Origin: Patescibacteria group bacterium
GTDB lineage: Bacteria; Patescibacteriota; Minisyncoccia; UBA6257; 2-01-FULL-56-20
Assembly: GCA_024654525.1 (NCBI GenBank)
Contig: JANLHI010000013.1
Location: 84,036-121,123 of the forward strand
Length of the DNA stretch: 37,088 nucleotides
Direction: 5' to 3'
Shown: positions 25,513-33,738 of the stretch, piece after piece
Layout of the letters: each line of letters opens with the position of its first letter
Position numbering within the stretch: position 1 is the stretch's first letter
Notes under the pieces: model-generated
Seen by the model: the letters and a program-made list of their open reading frames with translations, nothing else
Database searches by the model: none
What the model was told of the DNA's origin: nothing
Translations under genes and position numbers: made by a program

Positions 25513-26418
25513 ATGATTCGATATCTGCATTACATAAAAAAACAAATAAAATTATTGATGAATATACATTCGATACATCGCGTGGGAGTCGTCATTGCGA
25601 TTGCGATATTTTGTGTGGCAGGAATTGCCGCGGTGCGCGCCGCAACCAACATAGACAGTACCGACAAATGGGCATGGAACGACATCATAGGATGGGTAGA
25701 TTTTTATGCAACCGATTCGGTCACGGTGACATCGCAGGGTCTTAAAGGATATGCAAGCTCTACCTCGGGAGATATTTCCTTGGATTGTAAAACCACAAGA
25801 AGTGGGGATATTTGTAGTCAGTCGAATTATCAAGTTTCGAATGACGGAGTTGGCAATTTAAGCAATTACGGATGGAATGATGAATATGGATGGATAAGTT
25901 TCGATTGTAATAACACCGGCGGGTGTGGCGTCTCGAACTATGAAGTACTTATCGATGCAAATACGGGAGTTTTTTCGGGATACGCATGGAACGATATTAT
26001 GGGATGGATCAGTTTTAACTGCTCAAACGACAGCAGTTGTGGTACTTCTAATTATAAAGTGATTACGTCGTGGGTTGCGACATCCGCCATTGCGACACTT
26101 GATTCAGCAACATTTGATACAGGAGTGGATGGAGGAGCGCAAATTAATTCCGTGTTGTGGCAAGGACATCAGCCGTCGGGAACGCTGGTAAGGTTTCAAT
26201 TTGCAATTTCAAATGCATCAAGTGGCCCGTGGAGTTATGGGGGGTCGGACGGCACATCAAATACTTATTATGAAGTGGATCCGAATGTCTCGAAAAATTT
26301 GGATTACATACTTCATAGTGGAAATCGCTATTTCCGTTATCGCGTAATACTTGTTTCGGATCTTGCACAAACACTTTCTCCACGCGTAGATGATGTACTG
26401 ATAAATTGGAGTCCTTGA
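25513..26418 (+). CDS. Secreted Trp/Cys repeat protein, putative pilus-tip adhesin
   Basis: Signal peptide (..AVRA/A); 3-4 repeats G-Y-A-W-N-D-x-x-G-W-I-S-F-x-C...C-x-x-S-N-Y-x-V; C-terminal beta domain ending YFRYRVIL..SPRVDDVLINW. Confidence 0.75.
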   Translation: MIRYLHYIKKQIKLLMNIHSIHRVGVVIAIAIFCVAGIAAVRAATNIDSTDKWAWNDIIGWVDFYATDSVTVTSQGLKGYASSTSGDISLDCKTTRSGDICSQSNYQVSNDGVGNLSNYGWNDEYGWISFDCNNTGGCGVSNYEVLIDANTGVFSGYAWNDIMGWISFNCSNDSSCGTSNYKVITSWVATSAIATLDSATFDTGVDGGAQINSVLWQGHQPSGTLVRFQFAISNASSGPWSYGGSDGTSNTYYEVDPNVSKNLDYILHSGNRYFRYRVILVSDLAQTLSPRVDDVLINWSP

Positions 26419-26481
26419 GTGACGCAGTGCATAAAAAACGGAAAGGGGAGATTGAAAATACAGTATAATAATGAGGGTTAT

Positions 26482-26916
26482 ATGTCCGCACTACTTATCA
26501 CTCATTACGTAATTCATATTCAGAAGGGGCAAGCCGCTCTTGCATTTGTTTTCCTTGTGGGAAGTATCGTTATCCTTGTGGGTGTAACAATCGGTTTTCT
26601 GGCGTCGAGTTTTGTAAATTCAAGCTTCGGATTTTCTGCTTCGCAACGTGCGCTTGCTACCGCGAACGCGGGAGCAAATGACGCGTATATCCGTGTATTG
26701 CGAAATAAAGATTTTTCGGATGTGGTGGGGTATTCTTTGCCGTTAGGGGAAAATTCAGCAACAGTAACAGTGACGCAAGATTCTCCTTCAGTAGGAGTTG
26801 TCACCGTCCTTTCAATAGCAACGGTTTCATTTCATACGAGAAAAGTGCAAATGACGTTATCGGTTTCATCATCTACGGGATCGGTAGAGCTTATAGGACG
26901 AAGAGAGTTACAATAA
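26482..26916 (+). CDS. Minor pilin (PilX/GspK-like, no Glu5)
   Basis: KG|QAALAFVFLVG lacking E5; RALATANAGANDA PilX N-terminal pattern. Confidence 0.75.
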   Translation: MSALLITHYVIHIQKGQAALAFVFLVGSIVILVGVTIGFLASSFVNSSFGFSASQRALATANAGANDAYIRVLRNKDFSDVVGYSLPLGENSATVTVTQDSPSVGVVTVLSIATVSFHTRKVQMTLSVSSSTGSVELIGRRELQ

Positions 26917-26929
26917 GATAAAGTATTTC

Positions 26930-28519
26930 ATGATGTCTGATACAAATCCAATTACCCCGAAGGATGTGAAGCTTGAGAAGCCGAGCTCAATGCTGAAATA
27001 TTATTTTGGGCGTACACTCGCGCTTTTGCGGGCGAAACCTGCTATTGGAGGGCTTGAGATTTCCGATACCGCGATAAGGTTTGCTTCGTATGATGGGGAT
27101 GTGTGGAAATTTATAAGTGCGAAGATTCCTCCCGGGCTCATGGAAATGAATCGGATTAAGAATAGGGACGAATTCATTAAGTTGGTAAAAAATTTCCGTG
27201 CGCAGATTCTCGGAGAAGAACAAGCGCGTCGGAAGGCGAAAATCAACGTGGTGGTTTCGCTAAGTTCTATAAGTATTTATAGTCAAGTATTTGGATTGCC
27301 AATTGTAAGGGGAGAGAATCTGGAAAAAGCGGTGCAGCTTAATATTCAAATGGTGTCTCCGGTTGAGGTAAAAGAAGCGTATTCCGGGTGGCAACTTGTA
27401 GGAGAAGATAAAGATACGTTTCGTCTTGAGGTACTCTCGGCATTCATAGATAGGAAGGTGGTGGATGATATGACCCAAGTACTTGAAGAGGGAGGGTTTA
27501 CTCCTGTCGCTATCGAGTCGCGTGCGCTTGCAATCGCCCGTCTTGCGCGCAAAAAAGGATCTCGTATCGATATTACCAAACCATACATCATTATTCATCT
27601 TGATAGTGCGGGACTTGATTTTCTCATAATACGCAATGGGCAACTCTATTTCGAATATTTCCATTCTTGGAAAGATGTGCAGAACGAGAAGCAGCAAATT
27701 ACCCAAGACGCGTTCGAAGCGCTCCTGACGAGGAGTTTGTATCAAGTTTTCAACTTCTATAGTCAGCACTGGCCTGATCCGGTAAGAGACGTGTTAATTT
27801 CTGCCGTGGCTCTTCAAGAGCAAGTCGAGAAAGTAATCTCAAAAAATTTTGGGCTTTCTGCTCAACCGCTTGTTTTTGAGGGAAGCGATAAGATAACTCC
27901 TGAATGGTTTGTGGCGTTGGGGAGTGGTATGAGGGGGCTTATTCCTCGCAGAGAGGATAAGGATATTAGTTTGTTGGGGGTTGGAGCTCAAGAGCGTTTT
28001 CGTCAGGAGCAGATTATGGATTTTATAAGTTTTTGGCGCGTTACCATCCCCATAGTAGTGAGTATATTGCTTATTACATTTGTAAGTGCGGATATGTTTC
28101 TTATAAATCTTCGTCGCTCTCTCGAATCTCAAGCGGTCTTTCAGCTGAAGCAAAGCGAAGTGAGGGAGATCGAAACGCTTCGTGGGCAGGCGGAAAGATT
28201 CAATCGTACTGTAGCTATGATTCAGACTGCGCAGAAGAGCATACGCCCCAAAGAGCCTCTTTTTGAAAAAATGGCGGATTTATTCACACAATACGAGATC
28301 ACTATAAATAGAATAAACTTTCAAGGTGGCGATGTCCCTGTTTCATTGAGTGGAGAAGCTCCGACCGAATCGAGTATTCTTGATTTGAAAAAAGCACTTG
28401 ATGCCGATTCCGAAATCAGTAGCGTGCAACTTCCGTTGACGGATATCAAGAAATCTTCAGGAAAAGGATTCTCGTTTTCTCTAAGTTTTGGCGCCAAACT
28501 GCAAGAGAGAAACGATTAG
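26930..28519 (+). CDS. PilM-PilN fusion protein
   Basis: Actin-like GLEISDTAIR start and AIESRALAIAR; ISLL (PilN INLL-like) then TM, coiled coil and a PilN-like ferredoxin domain. Confidence 0.78.
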   Translation: MMSDTNPITPKDVKLEKPSSMLKYYFGRTLALLRAKPAIGGLEISDTAIRFASYDGDVWKFISAKIPPGLMEMNRIKNRDEFIKLVKNFRAQILGEEQARRKAKINVVVSLSSISIYSQVFGLPIVRGENLEKAVQLNIQMVSPVEVKEAYSGWQLVGEDKDTFRLEVLSAFIDRKVVDDMTQVLEEGGFTPVAIESRALAIARLARKKGSRIDITKPYIIIHLDSAGLDFLIIRNGQLYFEYFHSWKDVQNEKQQITQDAFEALLTRSLYQVFNFYSQHWPDPVRDVLISAVALQEQVEKVISKNFGLSAQPLVFEGSDKITPEWFVALGSGMRGLIPRREDKDISLLGVGAQERFRQEQIMDFISFWRVTIPIVVSILLITFVSADMFLINLRRSLESQAVFQLKQSEVREIETLRGQAERFNRTVAMIQTAQKSIRPKEPLFEKMADLFTQYEITINRINFQGGDVPVSLSGEAPTESSILDLKKALDADSEISSVQLPLTDIKKSSGKGFSFSLSFGAKLQERND

Positions 28520-29032
28520 ATCGAATGCTTTCTCAAGAAGCATATAATCGCTTTGAGTGATGGGAGAAAGTACAAAATCTCCGGCTTTTTTCCTTTGAAG
28601 TTCCGTTGAGGGTCTGATTCCAATACGAATTCGCCAAAAGTTTTCCGTACCAAGTGTATTAATTATGGAAATAACTCCATTATGACCCGCGGATCCACGG
28701 GAAAATGCATCGGCGACTGTTCCCGTAGAGAGGTCGCTATCGTCGTGAAGTACGAGGAGATGTTCGGGAGGTATTTTGAAGAAAGAACATGCATCATGTG
28801 CGGCATTTCCGGATTCATTCATGAATACAAGTGATTGCGCGAGTACGTAGGGTCTTTTTTTGGAATATGAGAATGATTTTCCAGAAACATGGTGAAATGC
28901 GGGAGTGTCGTAGTGCGTGGCAATATGAGAGAGTGCAAGAAGTCCTGCGTTGTGATACGTATTGTGAAATTCTTTTCCCGGGTTGCCGATACCGAGAATG
29001 AGTTTGATGGAGCGAGGGTCGAAGCGTACCAT
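28481..29032 (-). CDS. pth: Peptidyl-tRNA hydrolase
   Basis: GIGNPG....T.HNAG, FMNESG, HDD.DL, GSAGHNGV and RIRIGI. Confidence 0.93.
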   Translation of the reverse strand: MVRFDPRSIKLILGIGNPGKEFHNTYHNAGLLALSHIATHYDTPAFHHVSGKSFSYSKKRPYVLAQSLVFMNESGNAAHDACSFFKIPPEHLLVLHDDSDLSTGTVADAFSRGSAGHNGVISIINTLGTENFWRIRIGIRPSTELQRKKAGDFVLSPITQSDYMLLEKAFDLIVSLLQFGAKT

Positions 29033-29110
29033 ATATGAGGTCTATCATAGAAGTATAAATCCCAAAAATCAACGTGGGAAATCCATTATAAAGGAAATAT
29101 GTAATTTGGC

Positions 29111-29139
29111 TTGTAGTTTGTGAGACGTTCCGTTATACT
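29111..29139 (+). promoter_or_regulatory. Putative sigma70 promoter for lepB-hisS
   Basis: TTGTAG-17 bp-TATACT. Confidence 0.5.
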
Positions 29140-29162
29140 CACAATCGAAGTGCTATTCAATC

Positions 29163-29717
29163 ATGCGTAAATTTTTCGTTTCATTGATAGAAATTTTTGA
29201 AATTGCTTTAATCGCGGTGGGTTCGGTGTTTCTTGTGAGAACATTTTTAGTACAGCCCTTTGTAGTGAGCGGTTCCAGTATGATTCCGAATTTCGAAAAT
29301 GGAGATTATCTTCTTGTAGACGAGTTAACCTATCATTTTAGATCACCGGAGAGAGGAGAGGTGGTCGTATTCAAATATAATGACGGTTCCGCAACTTATT
29401 TTATCAAGCGAATCATCGGTCTTCCGGGTGAACAAGTTTCGATAAAAAACAATGAAATTAACGTAATGTTGCCAAACGAAGGGGGAGTTGTTCCTATCAG
29501 CGAGCCATATCTTTCTTCAGGAGTGGTAACAGGAGGGGACGCCGAATATACACTCGGGTCGGATGAGTACTTTGTGATGGGAGATAACAGGTCGTTTAGT
29601 TTTGACTCGAGAAGCTGGGGGCCTTTGAGTGCCGATAATCTGGTGGGTATTGCCAGAATCAGGCTTTGGCCATTGTCTCAGCTCACTGCGTTTGCGGCTC
29701 CTCAATATTCTCGATAG
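29163..29717 (+). CDS. lepB: Signal peptidase I
   Basis: GSSMIP catalytic Ser, FIKRIIGLPGE catalytic Lys and GDNR..S.DSR. Confidence 0.95.
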   Translation: MRKFFVSLIEIFEIALIAVGSVFLVRTFLVQPFVVSGSSMIPNFENGDYLLVDELTYHFRSPERGEVVVFKYNDGSATYFIKRIIGLPGEQVSIKNNEINVMLPNEGGVVPISEPYLSSGVVTGGDAEYTLGSDEYFVMGDNRSFSFDSRSWGPLSADNLVGIARIRLWPLSQLTAFAAPQYSR

Positions 29718-29730
29718 AATTCATTTGCTT

Positions 29731-31035
29731 ATGTCTAAAAAAATAAAAAAAAGAAAAGAAATCGCAAAAATTCTTCAAGAGCCGAAAGGCATGCATGACG
29801 TATTGCCTGTCGACGAGATGTACTGGTCTCGTATCAGAGAAGTAGTCAGTGAAATTTCAGAAGGGTATGGATTTCACCGCATAGAAACCCCTTTATTGGA
29901 ATTTGAAGAACTCTTCCAAAAAACCGTCGGCGAATCAAGCGATATTGTAGCTAAGGAGATGTATACCCTTAAAACACGTGGAGGGGATATGCTGGCGTTG
30001 AGACCTGAGTTCACCGCTTCAACCATGAGAGCATATCTTGGACATAGTCTTGGACGTTTGGGACAGCCACAGCGGCTTTATACGTTTGGTCCCGTATTTC
30101 GCCATGATAATCCTCAGGCAGGAAGATACCGTCAATTTACGCAGGCTAACTTTGAAATTATTGGGGGGCAAAATGACCCTGTGTACGATGCGCATATCAT
30201 ACTCCTTTCGATGCGTTTTCTTGATATATTGCGAATCAAAGGGGTTTCGTTAAGAATCAATTCTATAGGATGTCGTGTATGTCAACCTGCATACAGGCGT
30301 CAATTGCAGAATTATTATAAAAGTCACGAAAAAGAATTGTGCGCCGATTGCGTACGCCGTGCGAAGACGAATCTTCTGAGACTTCTCGACTGCAAAGAAC
30401 AAGGGTGTGTAAAACTGCGTGAACATGCGCCGAATATTTTGGATAAGCTTTGTGTTACCTGTAGCGCGCATTTTAAATCGGTAATCGAGTACCTTGATGA
30501 GCTGAAAATTTCTTACGTTTTGGATAATACGCTTGTCCGCGGACTGGATTATTACAGTCGTACCGTATTCGAATGTGTGATCGAAGCGGAAGGAAGAGAA
30601 TTTGGAGCGTTGGCCGGTGGCGGACGATATGATTATCTTGCGGAGTTTTTAGGGGGACACGCGACTCCGGGAGTGGGAGTGGCGGTTGGCATTGAACGTG
30701 TTATCGGAGTGATCAAAGCCCAAGGAATAGTATTTTCTTCAAAGCAAAAAAAGATGGTTTTTGTGGTACATGCGGGAGAGATGGCTAAGAAAAAGGCATT
30801 CCGTTTTGTGGAAGAGTTTCGACGTGCGGGGATATATGTGAAAGAATCTCTTGCAAAAGACTCTCTCAAAGCCCAGTTAAAATTTGCGGATAAGGAAAAA
30901 GCCCGTATCGCGTTGATTTTTGGACAAAGAGAGATTTATGAAGGTACGGTAATCGTGCGAGATTTAGAAAACAGCTTACAAGAAACCGTTCCTCTGGATA
31001 GAATAGTCGAGGAGATTAAAAAACGATTAAAGTAG
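29731..31035 (+). CDS. hisS: Histidine--tRNA ligase
   Basis: PKGMHD, LRPEFTA, FRHDNPQAGRYRQF, VRGLDYY and GGGRYD; anticodon-binding domain; start at ATG 29731. Confidence 0.96.
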   Translation: MSKKIKKRKEIAKILQEPKGMHDVLPVDEMYWSRIREVVSEISEGYGFHRIETPLLEFEELFQKTVGESSDIVAKEMYTLKTRGGDMLALRPEFTASTMRAYLGHSLGRLGQPQRLYTFGPVFRHDNPQAGRYRQFTQANFEIIGGQNDPVYDAHIILLSMRFLDILRIKGVSLRINSIGCRVCQPAYRRQLQNYYKSHEKELCADCVRRAKTNLLRLLDCKEQGCVKLREHAPNILDKLCVTCSAHFKSVIEYLDELKISYVLDNTLVRGLDYYSRTVFECVIEAEGREFGALAGGGRYDYLAEFLGGHATPGVGVAVGIERVIGVIKAQGIVFSSKQKKMVFVVHAGEMAKKKAFRFVEEFRRAGIYVKESLAKDSLKAQLKFADKEKARIALIFGQREIYEGTVIVRDLENSLQETVPLDRIVEEIKKRLK

Positions 31036-31249
31036 GTATAGGTGGAGAGGATTTGTATATTTATGCCACTATGGGGTATTATGCACCAGCAAATTCCTAG
31101 GAGCCTTATAAGGAAAAATAAGAGGGGGTTTCGCAAGGTGGTGTATTTCTCGGGTGTGTCGTTATGACGAAAGAGAGATCGGTACATAACGCACAAAAGC
31201 AGTGTTTATAAAGAGTCGTATGAGGTAATGCAAAAAAAATAAATTCACA

Positions 31250-31462
31250 ATGATTGAAGTAAGAAAAAAAGAAGGAGAAAGTGCAAGCGCGCTTTTTTTT
31301 CGGTTTTCCCGGAAAATAAAGCGTAGTGGAGTGCTTAAGGAATCAAAAGCGCGTCGGTTTTACGATCGACCGGCGAGTCGCGTGAAACGGCGTGTTTCGG
31401 CGCTTCATCGCGAGGCGAAAAAAAGTAATATGGAGCACATGAAGAGAGCGGGAGTTGTATAG
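31250..31462 (+). CDS. rpsU: 30S ribosomal protein bS21
   Basis: V.KKEGES....F.RF.RKIKRSGVL.E...RRFY.RP; basic 70 aa; upstream of yqeY. Confidence 0.8.
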   Translation: MIEVRKKEGESASALFFRFSRKIKRSGVLKESKARRFYDRPASRVKRRVSALHREAKKSNMEHMKRAGVV

Positions 31463-31502
31463 TGAGAATAGGCGAAAGCAGCTTATTTATTTTTTATATT
31501 TT

Positions 31503-31946
31503 ATGACTCTTAAAGAGCGCATTATGGAAGATGTGAAGGTGGCGATGAAGTCGGGAGATTCGGCGCGTTTGGGAGTGTTGAGGATGATGATGGCGGCAAT
31601 CCGGAATCGCGAAATAGAAATGAGAACCGAGAAATCCACGGAGGTTTCCGATGCGGATGTGATCGCGGTACTGGAGAAAGAAGCGAAAAAGCGGCGAGAG
31701 GCATCGGATTTGTACAAAAAAGGAGCGCGAGCTGATCTTGCAAAAAATGAACTTTATGAAGTCGAGGTGATAGCAGGTTATCTTCCTCCTCAACTGAACG
31801 ATGAAGAAATTATGATGGTTATTGAGAAATGCAAAGTCGCAGGGGCAAATGATTTTGCATCGCTTATGCGAGATGCCATGAAAGAAATGAAAGGCAAGGC
31901 GGATGGGCGTCGAGTGGGAGAGCTGGTGAAGCAGTCACTGGGCTGA
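31503..31946 (+). CDS. GatB/YqeY domain protein
   Basis: LKERI..D.K.AMK, KEAKKRRE, YLPPQL and GKADG. Confidence 0.9.
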   Translation: MTLKERIMEDVKVAMKSGDSARLGVLRMMMAAIRNREIEMRTEKSTEVSDADVIAVLEKEAKKRREASDLYKKGARADLAKNELYEVEVIAGYLPPQLNDEEIMMVIEKCKVAGANDFASLMRDAMKEMKGKADGRRVGELVKQSLG

Positions 31947-31996
31947 CGCGGTGGGGTATATCGCACAAAAAGAGCGTAACTATCTATACGTGTGTA

Positions 31997-32488
31997 GTGA
32001 AAAAGAATATCAAAACAAAAGACAGAAATTTGGGAGAGAGGGGTAGCAGTAAGATAAATCACAATGCATATGTGATAAAGGCGGGAAAAAAGACTCTCGC
32101 GATTTTGGGTTTTCCCACGGATTCTGTCGATATTATTTTTGCACAAGACAGTGTAATGAGGGATATAAAATTTGCCACTACCGGAATTCGGAAACGTGTG
32201 GTGAACGTGCTTGCGTTTGAAGAACCTCGGGAGTTTCCACATCCGGAAAGAAAGGGGTTTATGGGTGAGGTATATCTCAATGGCGAGCGTTATTCAAAAG
32301 ATCGTGAGTATATGACTTTTTTACTAATACACGGAATTCTCCATCTTGCAGGCTTTCGTCATAATGGACGTCGTGATACGATTGAGATGCAACGCATGGA
32401 GCAGATGCTTGTTTTGTGTGTTACCAAAAAAGAAATATATAAAAACAAGCGTACGCGGACTTGCAATGCACGCATTATCACACGATGA
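31997..32488 (+). CDS. ybeY: rRNA maturation endoribonuclease YbeY
   Basis: NVLAF, GEVYL and HGILHLAGFRH (H-x3-H-x5-H). Confidence 0.88.
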   Translation: MKKNIKTKDRNLGERGSSKINHNAYVIKAGKKTLAILGFPTDSVDIIFAQDSVMRDIKFATTGIRKRVVNVLAFEEPREFPHPERKGFMGEVYLNGERYSKDREYMTFLLIHGILHLAGFRHNGRRDTIEMQRMEQMLVLCVTKKEIYKNKRTRTCNARIITR

Positions 32489-33723
32489 CATCCTCATTTA
32501 TTACAGCACTTGATATCGGAACATCTTCCATTAAGGTGGTGGTGGCGGAGAATGTGCATGGGCGTCCGGTAATTCGTTTTGTGCATCGTGAACAATCGGC
32601 GGGTGTGAGAAAGGGTGCGGTGGCGGATATCACCGAGGCATCACATGCGGTGAGTCGTGTATTGAGTGAGGTTCGAAGAGTCTCAAGGCCGGCGCTAAAA
32701 AATCTCTATCTTGCAATAGGAACGACACATGCAAAAGTACAGACATCACGCGGTATCGTTGCGGTTTCGCGTGCGGATACGGAAATATATCAAGACGACG
32801 TAGATCGTGCGGTGAAGGCGGCACAAGCGGTGAATCTTTTGCCGAATCGAACGATTATCCATAACGTCACGCGGGAGTTTATTGTTGATGGAGTAGGGGA
32901 CATTGCGGATCCGTTGGGACTTTCCGGTTCCCGTCTCGAAGTAGGGAGTTTTGTAATAGATGCGTTTACGCCGCATGTTAAAAATTTAATGAGAGTGGTT
33001 GAGCTTGCCGGTGGAAGAGTACGTGGGTTGGTGTGGGCTCCGCTGGTCGCAAGTCGTGCAGCACTCTCGCGAGCACAACGAGAATTAGGAACACTTCTTA
33101 TCGATATCGGAAGTGGCACAACGGGCATGAGTGTGTATGAAGAAAATAAGCTTTCTGGTGTGGCGAAGTTTCCGGTGGGGAGCGCGAATATTTCGAACGA
33201 TCTTGCAGTGGGGCTTCGTATTCCGGTAGATGCCGCGGAAGATTTAAAGCTTAATTATGGATATGCCCTTGCTCAAGATGTATCGGGTAAAGATATGATC
33301 GAACTTCGAAAATTTGCTCCGGATGTAAAGGGAGCAACGTCTCGTCGTTTCATTTCGGAGATTATAGAATCGCGACTTGCGGAGATTCTCGAGTTTGTCC
33401 ATAATGAGCTCAAGCTGATGGGTAAGGTGGGGAAGCTTCCCGGAGGAGTAGTGCTGGTAGGGGGAGGTTCCAAGCTTCCCGGATTGACCGATTTGGTGAA
33501 GCAGGAATTAAAATTGGCATCCCAGATTGGCGCGACAGTTGAAGGTTTTGGATCGGGAAGTGGGGAGTTTTCTGGTTATTTCGAGGATCCTGAATTTGCA
33601 ACAGTGCTAGGCCTTGTATTGTGGGGATCCGAGGATGCGGAGTGGGAAGCGAATCGCACATTCAAGAATCTTAAGTTTGAGTTCAAGACGGTAAAGGAGA
33701 TGTTTCGACATTTTCTTCCTTAA
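32485..33723 (+). CDS. ftsA: Cell division protein FtsA
   Basis: ALDIGTSSIK, IDIGSGTT, AEDLK, IIESRLAEI and VLVGGGSKLPG; C-terminal amphipathic helix. Confidence 0.95.
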   Translation: MTSSFITALDIGTSSIKVVVAENVHGRPVIRFVHREQSAGVRKGAVADITEASHAVSRVLSEVRRVSRPALKNLYLAIGTTHAKVQTSRGIVAVSRADTEIYQDDVDRAVKAAQAVNLLPNRTIIHNVTREFIVDGVGDIADPLGLSGSRLEVGSFVIDAFTPHVKNLMRVVELAGGRVRGLVWAPLVASRAALSRAQRELGTLLIDIGSGTTGMSVYEENKLSGVAKFPVGSANISNDLAVGLRIPVDAAEDLKLNYGYALAQDVSGKDMIELRKFAPDVKGATSRRFISEIIESRLAEILEFVHNELKLMGKVGKLPGGVVLVGGGSKLPGLTDLVKQELKLASQIGATVEGFGSGSGEFSGYFEDPEFATVLGLVLWGSEDAEWEANRTFKNLKFEFKTVKEMFRHFLP

Positions 33724-33738
33724 TTATTTTGTATTGTT

